Source of the DNA: Azolla caroliniana
Lineage: Eukaryota; Plantae; Polypodiophyta
Direction of reading: 5' to 3'
NCBI GenBank assembly: GCA_043228905.1
Contig: JBHGNT010000012.1
Location: forward strand, 8,990,001 to 9,054,000
DNA: 64,000 nt
Each line of letters opens with the position of its first letter. The stretch's first letter is position 1. Position numbers and translations under genes: made by a program. The notes under the pieces are model-generated. The model searched no databases. It had not been told where the DNA came from and saw nothing but the letters and a program-made list of their open reading frames with translations. Below are positions 52,295-64,000 of this stretch, piece after piece.

Positions 52295-52439
52295 ATCCCC
52301 TTCCGAATATTCTCATGTGAGGCTCATCAAATCTTGAAAGAATCATCTACCAAAGCTCGTGCTACCAACTACCCCCCTTAGATGGAAGGTGTAGGCCCAC
52401 AATGTCACCATTACTCCACAGTCAGTTTGATGTGATGCA

Positions 52440-52910
52440 GGATGTTAGGACACATATGATGAGACTTGAAAACTACGCATATTTTCCCCTAAACAAGTTT
52501 GAGAGTTTGAATATCATTCGTTTATTGATACAATGCTCTCTACCTTTGATCACAATTGATTATGCTTTCAACACATCTTCAACCCAACCTAGTCCTTGCA
52601 CTAACTTTTCTCACAATCAAAATGTGTATTCTCATATGCAATTAGTAAACTTCTTGAACATCAATGACACTACTCACTTTCACATGCACAATACTCTCTA
52701 CCTATGATCATAATTGATTATGCTTTCTACACATCTTCGACCCAACCCAATCCTTGCACGAATTTCACTCATCATTAGAATGCATATTCTAAAATGCAAT
52801 AAGTAAACTTCTTGAACAAAAAGAGTCACTACTCACTTTCACACGTATTATGTGAAAACTTTTTTTGTTATCTCATAGGTGATATTTGACCTCCGAAGAA
52901 AATAATAAAA
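52440..52910 (+). mobile_element. Old RTEX-like family A 3' remnant with an internal duplication
   Basis: Similar to 58150-58330; ends tctcataggtgatatttgacctccgaag. Confidence 0.6.
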
Positions 52911-53206
52911 TCTCTTTCACACATTCAAGTCATTATTATACCTCTTGAGTTCTACTCTCTTTATTAATTTGAAAAGTTAGTAAAGCAAAGGGTATGATTT
53001 TTGTTAATTCTTTCTCTTTATCACATTCCCATCAATCATAAGTATCAAATAAGTCATCCAAATCCCTTTCACCTCTTGCATTGAGTTCATCTTAACTTTC
53101 TTCCGTCTTTGTTGAGTAAAAAGTGTTTCTTATTTAATGCTTAGTACTCACATCTCTTAGGCTCTATAAGACTTTAGTGCTCGATCCCCACCTCCCTAAT
53201 ATGTAA

Positions 53207-53625
53207 TGTAACTCTTACCGCAGGTCACATAGATAAGCACTCTCTTAACCTTAAACATTATGTTATTTATTGGTTCACACACACACACACACACACACAT
53301 TTAAACTTGTGCCATAAAGTGACAATTTCAAGCAGATTTGGTATGATCATTCTAGCATTGCAATACATGGTAATATGTCACTAGTTAGCAAATCAAATAT
53401 CTTGCCATCAACTAATGCTCAAATAAAAAATATTGTTCTAAGCATGGCCCAATGCCCTAACCATAGAGGTTTAGCAATGCACCAAACCTAATTGCATAGG
53501 GGTGGATATGTAGCATAACTAAATACACACTCAACATAGTGCTTGGATAGCAACTATATTTAGCTTGGATAGTTAAATATAGATATGATCTATATCATAT
53601 GGTTGGGTGGTGATTGGGCGTTACA
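53207..53625 (-). repeat. Putative LTR remnant
   Basis: tgtaac...gggcgttaca inverted termini; adjacent purine tract agagaaaggagat on the minus strand. Confidence 0.4.
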
Positions 53626-54108
53626 ATCTCCTTTCTCTATCTAAGGATCTTATTGTTGGGCAATGACAAGATACTTGTCCTAGTGGAGTTAGGTTTCCCC
53701 AACCATGCTTGTCACACTAACTTATTAGCCAATTACAAGTGTGAATTGACTCTGTTATTGACTAATTTTAGATGTTAAGAGCTATATCGCATTGAATGGC
53801 TATTAGGGCACCACATTCTCTTCCCTTTCAGGAATTTTATGGTACATCTTGAATATGATAGGGAAATACTTTCATATAAAGTTCTCAATGGAAATTGCTT
53901 GCTAATTGCGCAAACTTCTATAATTTACCTTATTTTCAAATTCTCCCTCTCTTTCTTTTATTGTAATTAGCTTACCTTAGTAGTAAGTAATTTATAGTAC
54001 TAGCACTACATCTTGGGTTCAACACCCAATTTTCTCACCTCTCTATTACTCCATAGATATCTCTTATTTCACTAGATGCCACTATGGAATGTAAGGGTTG
54101 AACCCCTA

Positions 54109-54169
<61 letters not shown>

Positions 54170-54172
<3 letters not shown>

Positions 54173-55125
54173 TAATGGAGTAGAAGTATGGGGTGACACC
54201 ATCTCTCTTAATGTATGGAATGAGATTGAAACAAATCAAAATATGTTTTCAAAGAGGCAATTAGGAATTAAATGCACTATCTCTTACCAGGTTATGCTCT
54301 TGGAAATAGGTGTTTAACCCATAGAAATATTGGCACTCCAAAGAGTATATAAATACATTACAAAAGTCAAGAATATGTCGAATCATCGATTACCACATCT
54401 TGCTTGGAATGTTGGATGTAAGCCACAAAAGAATCATAAGAGTAAGATTCTCTCATCCGATTGGGTTGTTGACATAAGAAAATGGTTTAGACGATGGGGT
54501 GTGGATGATCTTTTAGAGCTTTCGGGTGATGCTATGCATTATGTAATGATTGACGAAAGGTTGGTGGAATCATTAAGGATGAAGTGGGAAGATTCTAAGA
54601 GGACAAAGCTAGAATACTACATTGCAAATGACAACCTTGAATGTTGGTCTCAATATAATGTAAGAATGCCTATTGATCGTATCCAACCTTATCTCATTAC
54701 CAATATGAGTAGTAATGCTCGTAGAGCCCTTATACTACTTCACACTCGATCTCACAAGTTAGGCATTGAAGTTGCATCATGGTATCAAAATGTAATGAAT
54801 TTGAAGACATGTAGAGTATGCAATGAAGGCATGGTAGAGGATCAATGTCACTTTCTCTTCACATGCTCAATATATAGTGTAATTTGTTCAAGATACGTTG
54901 ACATACTAAGAGCAAGTGATAACTTAAGTGCCATAGTTAAGACACCGCCTAGAAGGTTAAGCTCATGTGTATGCTTTATTCGCACATAAAGACTTTGTGC
55001 TTCAATGTATGAATTCCCCTTCTTAGGAAGGAAACACATATCAAGAACACGTGTATACTCTGGTCCCATAGGTCAAATTGGGCCTCTTTATGGATGATAA
55101 AAATTCTAATTCTAATTCTAATTCT

Positions 55126-55130
<5 letters not shown>
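54170..55130 (+). mobile_element. RTEX-like family B LINE, 5'-truncated, inside (CT)n
   Basis: Close homolog of 38150-39078; (ATTCTA)n tail; (CT)n at 54113-54167 and 55129-55182. Confidence 0.9.
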
Positions 55131-55184
<54 letters not shown>

Positions 55185-56183
55185 GCACATACCTAAATAT
55201 CATAATGCTCCCATCAAGAACCATGTTTGAATCTAAATATTATTAGTGTAGCCACATTCATGCACAAGTTTGAATTCCAACCGTTTAGTCTTCAACCATT
55301 TATTTGGCGCACAAAGGCTTAGCCTAATCATTCAAATGTAAGAATAATGTAATAACATACAAAATACAATGGATAACTTGAATCAATTGACTAATCGAGG
55401 CTAGAAGTGGGCTGGGCCCAAAAAGAAATTAGGTAGAACACAACCCCACAACCTTGAATTTGATCCCACAATGTTATTCCACATATTTGAGAACCATTCA
55501 TATAATTGCAAGTGGGTAGACAATTATCTCACATCATATCAGCCATGCATTCAACCAATATAGTTTCACATCAATGTCAGTTGAACCTCCAGCTAGCACA
55601 CAAACTCCCATCGTGAATGTTTTCCTTGCATGTTCAAGAACCATATTTAATCATTAGAAATAAGTACACAATGATTTTAGCTCATTTCTTGGTATGTCTT
55701 CTCCACACCAATATGGTAGCAAAATGAAAAGATGTCAATGCTAGTGGACATATAACACTTATTCTCAGTGTATCTCTTGACATGTTGGTTATTTGTTACT
55801 TTGGAAGGTTAGGTCACTAACAATATCTTGGGTATGTACATGCTTCAATCTAAAACAAGGGGGATGTATCCCACTTTCCAATTATTGACTACTTTTTGCA
55901 TAGACAACCAAATTAATCACCTCACCTCATACAAAATATGATACAACCGTACACCCTAGGTTGTGTAATGGTGCATGATCATCAACCCATATGCCCAGGT
56001 TTTTTATATTGATTGTGGATGTGGAGTACTTTTCCGACCTACTTGATCATCTTATTACCACATGATGAATGTTGACATGGTAAATGAACTATGATCAATG
56101 TTATGTTGATAGAGAAAGGCGATTCCATGCACACTAGTAGTTTTTGCACCAACTTTACGTCTTATTGGCATGTTTGAATATAA

Positions 56184-57044
56184 TTAAAAAAGAATAGCGG
56201 ATGCAAAAGTTCGTGCACAAAGAACATAGTCGGCTGAACTAGACACCTGTAGACAGTTAGGTATACATGAGATGGAGAATGCACAGTATGAGAGAGTAAA
56301 CAACAAAAACTTAATTCAAAATAATAATTCTCTATACATCAAAATGTGCTCGGTGAGTACTTTTATACATTGCGTTTGACATAGGCTAACTCAAGTCAAG
56401 TACTTAATGAGCATCTGACACTAACTGCCTATAATATTCCTATTACTAAGAATAGGAATATAGGCCCTAACAACCTGTCGACCTCCACCTTCTTTGGCCA
56501 ACTCTACTGAGCCAATCCGACTATCGACTTCTTCAGCTGAATCGGCCTTTGGGCCTTTAGCAAGTTTGGCTCATGTTGAGCTTGTCACTCAACAATCCCC
56601 CTCAAGCTCAACTTGAGGTTGCCATTGTCTCTAGTCGGTCCTCCACTCCGCTTCTCCTGGCTTTATGCCTCCTAGCTCGTACTCCATGACCCGTCCGGTC
56701 GGCTTGTCTACTCATAAGGCCTTTCATGGCCTTCTCCTTGCCTCTACGGATTTGGCACCCTTCGACCCGTCGGCTCCTCCGTGTCCATTCAACTTCCACA
56801 TGATTTGGTTCATTTGAATCATCTCTCTTGTCCGAATAAGTTGTCTCTTATTCGCTCTTTAGTTCAACCGTTAGCTCTAACGGCTCTATTCTTCTCAGCT
56901 CTCCCCTTGTGTTCGGTTGGCTCTAGCTCGTCCGATCCATTGTTCTCGTCCGATCTCTTATTGTCGGCAGGTCCACCATCTGTTCTCCTAGCCCTTTCAA
57001 TTGTCCCCTCCTCAACTCTCCCCCTCGATTTCGGCACATTGAGG
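56184..57044 (-). mobile_element. Bryco/RLC5-like copia 3' end (LTR ~56184-56594, PPT, 3' spacer), interrupted at 57045
   Basis: Minus strand caagttgagcttgagggggat-tgttgagtgacaagctcaac matches the 13471-13510 and 45583 junctions. Confidence 0.82.
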
Positions 57045-57128
57045 TGTTGTAACCCAAGCATGACCAAGAATTGCCACAACTTATCAAGACCTAGAGGTTG
57101 TCATGAAAACATACATTTTGGCTTACAA

Positions 57129-57181
57129 GGAATCAAACCCACAACTTCTTGGTCTAAGTTAAACCTTTAACCATTATAATA
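57129..57181 (-). promoter_or_regulatory. tRNA-like Pol III A/B-box module, antisense in U3
   Basis: TATTATAATGG ... GGTTTGATTCC on the minus strand. Confidence 0.5.
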
Positions 57182-57246
57182 ACATATATGATGTATACTC
57201 ATAATAATTATATTATGAGTTATTACAAGATATTTAGAATAATCTA

Positions 57247-57282
57247 GAACATTCTAGAATACTCCATAGCGACCTATAAATA
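57247..57282 (+). promoter_or_regulatory. 3-unit HSE plus TATA box
   Basis: GAA-ca-TTC-ta-GAA at 57247-57259; TATAAATA at 57275. Confidence 0.7.
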
Positions 57283-57408
57283 GGGGTCCATACATTCATC
57301 ACAACTCATTCGGTTCAACACCAATCTTTAGCCCCTTAGACTACGTTTGTAACCCTTGTTCTCTTATAATATAAACTCATTTGCATTTCTAGTCTTCTCT
57401 CTCTCTCT

Positions 57409-58325
57409 CTATGCATTTGAGAACACATGCAATCTTGGAGATATTAAGTGTTGGGTTCTCAAGAAATATCTTTTCGACACTTTGGTGACACCGGTTCTTC
57501 TCTATGGGGTGGAAGTATGGGGCAGCGGTAGCATCCCTAAATCTGTGGAAAGAGTTTGAAAATGTCCAAAAACATTTTCTTACAAAGTTTCTACAAGTTA
57601 AGAAACAAACTCCCTACACCCTCCTCCTCCTTGAGACAGGATCGCTTCCCGTTGAGATCATGGCCATGGAAAGGGTTGTTGAATACATGCTTAAGGTTCA
57701 AAAAAGTCCCACACATCGACTTCCTAGAATTGCATGGGAAGCAAGCAAAGAGATCCAAAAGACGCATAAAAGCAAAATTTTGTGTGATGGTTGGAAGCAA
57801 GATATAGAAAAATGGTTTGGTAGATGGGATGCGAGACACTTGCTTCATGATGCATCATTAGACTCCTCTGTAAATGAGGCCTTTTTGCAACACCAATGTA
57901 TCATGACATGGGACAAATGTGGAGGCTCACTCTTCACACATTCTACTACACATGTTGCACCTAACTACAAAACCATATTCTTTGCGGAACGGGGAAATCG
58001 TACACCTCGATACATGTTAGAGCCCATACCGTTATCTGCCATTCGAACCATTGCTTCCATGCGACTTAGCTCACATGCATTGCGATGTGAGACAAGGCAT
58101 TGGGGCACAAGTGATGAGAGTGGTCGGCTATGCATAATTTGCCCTAAACAAGTTCGCGAGTCTGAGTATCACACTTTGATACAATGCTTTGCCTTTGATC
58201 ATATTCGACCATGCTTTCCACATCTCTTCGGTCGCACTCAATCCTTGCATGAATTCCTCTCACAACCACGATGTGCACTCTCGATTGCAACATTCATTGG
58301 TAAAGTTCTTGAACATCAAGAGTCA

Positions 58326-58330
<5 letters not shown>
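57409..58330 (+). mobile_element. RTEX-like family A fragment inserted in the LTR (CT)n tract
   Basis: ORF 57504..: post-RT domain and zinc finger SSHALRCE...CIIC...H...C; (CT)n on both sides. Confidence 0.9.
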
Positions 58331-58363
<33 letters not shown>

Positions 58364-58421
58364 TCCCTCTCCCGCTCCCTCTCCCTCTCCCTCTCTACAT
58401 TCTATCTTCATCTTTTTTCTA

Positions 58422-58455
<34 letters not shown>

Positions 58456-58568
58456 CTCACAAGTCACAACAGTTTGAACCAAATATCTTTCTTTTTTTAT
58501 TTCTTCCTCTTCCAAGAACCCGAGCAAGCTTTTTTCTTTCTTTTTCTTTTTCCCTCCCCTCATAAGTC

Positions 58569-60471
58569 ATGGAGTCCGTTAACAAGGAGGAATATATGTG
58601 TTTCCTTTCTGAGCTCGACATGCTCACGAATAAGTTTATGGCATTAGAGCAAGAAAATCAAAGGCTACTTGGGTACCTACAACACGTAAGTACCAAGAAA
58701 GCTCATCAATATGAAGAGTTATCACAACTGATTCACCAACTCGAGACATTTCGAGAACAGGTGACGAGGGTTGAGAACTCCCCTAGAGAACCAAATATTA
58801 GTCTCCTTACCATGTTTGATGTACAAGATCTCTGTTTCAAGGTTTTCTGAATCAAGTACGTTTGGTGATTTAGCTACATCCCAATCGGTACCCAACTAAA
58901 GTTGCTCGTGTGGGATTAGTAGGAACCTTGCTGTGGTACAACATTAGCATGGTTTGCACCCCTTCTTGAGAAGAAATCACCGTTGTCAAAGGATTTTGAG
59001 GCATTCGTTAAGGAGTTTCAAGCTAGTTTTGGAGACACTGATAGCACTAGGACGGCAACGAACAAGATTCGCAGACTCCGACAAGGAGATCATCCCACTT
59101 TGGCTTACGCAGCAGATTTCCGTCTCTTGGCATGCGACATCTCTTGGGATGAGGCAGCCTTAATGGATCAATTCTGTCAAGGTTTGCATAACGATGTCAA
59201 ATATCTTCTTCTTACTTTCCACGAAGATTCGAAGTCTCTTACAGAGACAATTAGTCGAGTTGTGTGATGTGATAATCGTCTATTTGAGTGACATTCTGAG
59301 CGTCAACAAATGTTACATCACCAACCGGAACAAAATAGGAGCCATTTGGTTGGACCATCTAAGATATGTGGAGTCAATTCCTAGTCGTGGTTTCATTTCA
59401 TCAAATCAAGTTAGTAGAGTTTTTTCTGCACAAGTTAAGCTTAACACATCTACATGTCATCGAGTCATAGCCTCTGCCCTCCTTGATTCCGGTGCCAACC
59501 CTTGTTTCATGGATTGTGAGTTTGCATTGACACAAAACATCCTCGTGATAAGCTCCCAAACCCAGTAGCCATAGGAGTCATCGATGGCCACCCTATAGCC
59601 TCAGGTGGTATAGTCAAAGAGTCTGAGCCAATTCGTGTAGTTCTTGGTGATTTGGCAAGCATAATATCTTTCAATATTATTCATAGTCCAAAACACCCGC
59701 TAGTTCTAGGTCTCCCTTGGTTTGAACTACATAACCCGAAGATTGATTGGATAAAAAGAACAATTGAGGAGTCTTAGAAAAAAAGAACAGAACTTGCATC
59801 CCTCAAATCTCCGATATTAGATACTGGATCGCATAAGATATCAACCATCTCTCTATGTCAGTTACGTAAGGAAGGGGTGAACAAGGACATATTTGTATTC
59901 ACAATATTAGCAACTCCATCATCCATCTTATAGAAGTCGGGCATCCAACTACCAGAGAAATACAAAGAGTTCTTAGATGTCTTTGATAAGGTGAAGGCCA
60001 ATACATTTCCAGACCATCGGCCATACGACGACCCTATCGAATTGCAACCAAGGAAAGAACCTCCATGGGGGGCAATTTATAATCTCTCACCTGTAGTACT
60101 AGAGACTCTTCAAGAATATATCGACGAGAATTTGACAAACGGATTCATCTAGCATTCCACATCCCCTGTCGGTGCCTCATCTTCTTTGTTAAGAAAAAAA
60201 TGGGTCTCTTCGGTTGGTCGTGGATTATCGAGGGTTAAATAAAGTGATCATCCGAAATAGATATGCGCAACCATTAATCTCAAACCTTTTGGAACATCTT
60301 AGTGGAGCAAAATATTTCACGAAGTTGAACCTTCATGGTGCATTTAATCTAGTTCAAATTCGTCTGGGGATGAATGGAAGACTACTTTTCGCACTCGTTA
60401 TGGACATTTTGAGTATACCATAATGCCATTTGGTCTCACGAATGCACCTATAGTTTTCAGCATATGGCGAA
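58569..60471 (+). pseudogene. gag-pol: gag-PR-RT(partial), disrupted
   Basis: [49 protein letters not shown]. Confidence 0.88.
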
Positions 60472-61538
60472 TGTTACGGGCATGACCATATAATATCCCG
60501 TGGTGAGAATGTACTATAGTATTCTATACACGTGGATAAACTGTGAGGGTTAAACGAGAGTGTAAAGAAGGGGAGGATTACTTTTAATCCTCGGGATTGA
60601 GACAACCCATTAGGCCAAGTGTGAACTTGCCTGGGGGTCTTGGATCTGGCTATAAATATGAGGCCTAGCTAACCTCACTTCATGATCTCTTGATTACGTC
60701 AAGACTCTGTTCTTGTGGTGGGTCAACTCTTGTAGTGAGCTCACCAACACCAGGTACGACTCGACGCCACGGCAGTGGTATAGGACACCAATCAAGGCTG
60801 GAGTCCGTCTCGATCCCTTCGCTCGGGGGTGATTGGGTGGATCGGCACCCTTCTTTCTCTCTCTCCTTTCTAATAATCTATCTTTGTTATCCTTATCATA
60901 TGCTTACTTTAGATATAAGCTCTAACAATTGGTATCAAAGCTTTTGTACTAATGTTTCTTTTGTTGATTGTTTTGTTTTCTTCTTGATGGATGGTGATCA
61001 ATCCATATGCAGTCGACCTTGATCCAGATAATGATCAACAAAGGAACTTCGGTAACTCTTTCTTTTTTTTCTATTCTTTCTTCTCCCAATCTAATCATGT
61101 GTCTTTTTTTTATTGATTCAATGATGTTGTAGTGGTAATGGATTGGTTGTATAAAACGTATACATGTGTATGAGATCAATACCTCATTTGACATATATTT
61201 GATATGTGATTCGTGTCATATGCGTACTAGGTTAATACCTCAATTGCATATTATGTTCACATACATATATTACGTATGCGTATGAGGTGAATACCTCGAT
61301 TTCGATGTAAATGATATGTGATTGATGTCATATGCGTAAGAGGTCAATTGTGTATTACATTCACCCTTATTTTTGGATGTTTCGTGAGAGTAGAGGCTAT
61401 ATGCCTCAATTACGTGTCTTGATTTCATCATTTATTGGCTATTTTATGTTACAATTTTTTTTAATTTACGCATGTGTGGTCACGTGTATACGTATTTGAT
61501 CGTATACATGTGATAAACATACATATGTGTATATTAGT

Positions 61539-62102
61539 TATCAATGGGCATGGTTCGGTTTCGGTTCGGTTTCAAGGCAAAGAAATCAAACCGAACTGAA
61601 ACCGAACTGTTTATTTAAAACAAAACCAAACCAAACTGTTTAAGAACTCTCAGTATTTAAACCAAACCATTTAAGAAAATTTTCAAACCAAACCGTTTAG
61701 GGAAAAGTTGAAACCAAACCGAACCATTTAATAAAAAAATTAAACCTTACCACTTAAGTCAAACTAATTAAACATCTAAATAAACAAAAATACATTAAAT
61801 TAAACAAGAATTTAAGTTAAATTTGTTAAATCAATAAAAGAAAATTTAAATGAACCATTAAATTAAATAAACATTTATGTTAAATTAATTAAATCAATAA
61901 ACTATTAAGGTAAAAAAAAAGTAAACCAAAAACCTATAAACCTTTAAACCAAACCTATAAACTCGAGTTTTAGAACCAAAAACGAACCATTTATCGAAAA
62001 TCCAATCCAAACCAAACCATTAAAAAATTTTGGAACCAATAAACCATTAAACCATGGTTTAAGAGTTTAGTTCGGTTTGAGCCGAAACCGTGCCCATTGC
62101 TA
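61539..62102. mobile_element. hAT-type MITE (564 bp)
   Basis: 8-bp TSD ATATTAGT (61531-61538, 62103-62110), TIR ta(t/g)caatgggca, AAACCG/AACCGAA subterminal repeats; absent from the homologous site at ~14735. Confidence 0.92.
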
Positions 62103-63617
62103 ATATTAGTTATTACGGGATTTTGTATATCGAACATTGTCCTTTTCGGGGAAAGGATCTTGGTGGCCGTCGTCACATTTTTGTGAGAATGGCATAGTCA
62201 CCATCCTTTTTTCAACAATTTTTTTTGTTGTCATCCCCGTTGGCCACTTCGATTTCGCTACACGTTATAATGAAACAATCATAGCCACAATGATGTTGAG
62301 AGCGTAGGGCTTGACCCACTTAATGTGAGGTCGCTCCTATGCCACACGCATCCAAAATCCCTCCCTCATTACATGGATACGATACCACCATGAGATCATC
62401 ATTACGGAAGGCATTCATAATGGCATAACCATGTGATGGGCCATGTGGGCCTACTATGAAAAGAGGACTCATTTGGCTCTATCATTAGGTTGCACTTTGG
62501 TGTATGCCATCGTAATTATAAGACTTGAGGTTAGGTAACGTACCAACATAGTTTTGTAGGAAACGAGGGGGAAATAAGGACTCTCGACATATATGTATTC
62601 TTTAAAAAACATATATGGGCAAATGCCTTTACATATCTCTTATACGCATAAATATTGAACATTCAAAATTAGCAAATTGATTGGTTAGCTCAAACGTTTA
62701 ATGCATTTGTTCTTGAGGTCTCGAGTTCAAATATGACCAAGACCATACCACATTGTTATATGACTATAACATATGTTTAGACTTTAGGTCTAATTGCACC
62801 TGGGGTCCTCATAATAGGACTTAAAGAGCCGAAACCACATATGTGGGCATAGAGACATAGTTTATTGTTAACATTTGTTCGTGCTTAAACTATTCATGAC
62901 GCAAATAGTAATGGTTGAGCGTCGAGGAGCCGCCCTGAAATAATCGATATAGAGATCAGGGAAAGACATTCACTTGTCACCCCCATGGTTTTTAAAACAC
63001 CTTTGTGTTACCATAGTAACATGATCTTGAACCTCACCTCATACGTCTAGAGGGGTATTGACGTGAGATCATGATATCGATTAATGTTTGCCCATGATAT
63101 GTTTACATCACGACATAATGTTATGACTATTTGTCTGATCTTATCCTATTTCTTTGCCAAAAATTATCATTCAATGGCTCATAATAACGACATGATGGCA
63201 TCCGCACAAGCGGAAAAAAATCAAGGAAATCCTCCTGGACCAATCCCCATTGAGTCGTATTTTTTACAAATACAAAATTTCCTTAATTCAACCTTGCATC
63301 AAATGAATGAACTTCGGGAATCTCATAGTGCTCTTGAGGCACGTGCCATTAGTTTAAAACGTGATACTAATAGACCCGATGAGCGTCAAGGTGAACCACC
63401 ATTTGTCGTAAAGCCATTTATGGGAGAAAAAAAAGAAAGAACCGAAGAAGCAATCTACACGTGGCTAGGCCGATGGGAGTCTCATTTTGAGCTCTATCCC
63501 AAGCCAGATAGTACGAAGATTGCATATGTTGGTCGCGAACTAGGGGGTAAGGTCGTCGCCTGGCGTGGGCTCCACACTACGGGGAAATTACCCGATACCT
63601 GGGCAAACTTTGGGATC

Positions 63618-63994
63618 GCGATTGTAAGTGATAACATCCTTTTTGTGTATTCTACAAAAAGAAGGGTCATACAAAAGAGCAATGTCGAAAGCTCCAACGG
63701 AAAGAGCACGATAGCAAAACAAAAGCTGCAAACCATAAAGGTCAGATTCCTAATGTCCTTCAGGTCTACACACATCATTTAAGTAATTGTAAATGTTCTT
63801 TCCCGCGGCGATTGTAAGCGACAACATCCTTTTTGCGTATTCTACAAAAAGAAGGGTCATACAAAAGAGCAATGTCGAAAGCTCCAACAGAAAGAGCACG
63901 ACAGCAAAACAAAAGTTGCAAACCATAAAGGTCTGATTCCTAATGTCCTTCAGGTCTACACACATCATTTAAGTAATTGTAAATGTTCTTTCCC
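63618..63994 (+). repeat. 190-bp tandem duplication of the gag zinc-knuckle region, next to a ~365-bp deletion
   Basis: gcgattgtaag at 63618 and 63808; comparison with 16220-16810. Confidence 0.9.
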
Positions 63995-64000
63995 TCACTA

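Larger units (their letters stand above)
57045..60471 (+). mobile_element. Tcn1/Tf1-like self-priming gypsy, 5' part; RT interrupted by the 60472 insertion
   Basis: LTR 57045-58471 (tgttgt...acaaca) split by a LINE; gag homologous to 41754-42379; PR ALLDSGAN; RT VDYRGLNKV. Confidence 0.88.
60472..64000 (+). mobile_element. Second, diverged copy of the 13657 chromovirus family, 5' part; runs off the right edge
   Basis: LTR 60472-60927 (TG...CA), PBS tggtatcaaagc at 60930-60941, homologous leader, gag from 63173. Confidence 0.93.

Noticed and set aside
55190-56180. Possible coding remnant
   Set aside because: Stops in all frames examined and no identifiable domain
57409-57430. Apparent identical 5' breakpoint with the LINE copy at 34686
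   Set aside because: The other copy extends about 25 nt further upstream in LINE sequence (RLEAGK.AYY); the shared ct is junction microhomology

Overview
Gene-free, heavily nested transposon block from a land-plant genome. The element spectrum (self-priming Tcn1-like chromoviruses, Bryco/RLC5-like copia, RTEX-like LINEs) suggests moss-like heterochromatin; this is inference. No intact host gene, rRNA, genuine tRNA or CRISPR array was found. Contents: at least 7 Ty3/gypsy insertions, about 5 Ty1/copia insertions, many RTEX-like LINE pieces, one L1 3' end, an hAT MITE and a probable Tc1/pogo-type non-autonomous element. All coding regions are disrupted. Most interesting signals: (1) a tRNA-spaced Pol III A-box/B-box module lying antisense in the U3 of four LTRs from at least two unrelated gypsy lineages; (2) a ~1.7-kb hairpin-dense 5' leader with a 56-bp periodic stem-loop array, conserved in two chromovirus copies; (3) a copia-gypsy chimera whose gypsy part ends in PPT-LTR-PBS, like a captured reverse-transcription intermediate; (4) Tf1-like self-priming sites plus a perfect 5-unit heat-shock element in the same LTR family. 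Coordinates were read by eye, and boundaries of degraded elements are approximate.
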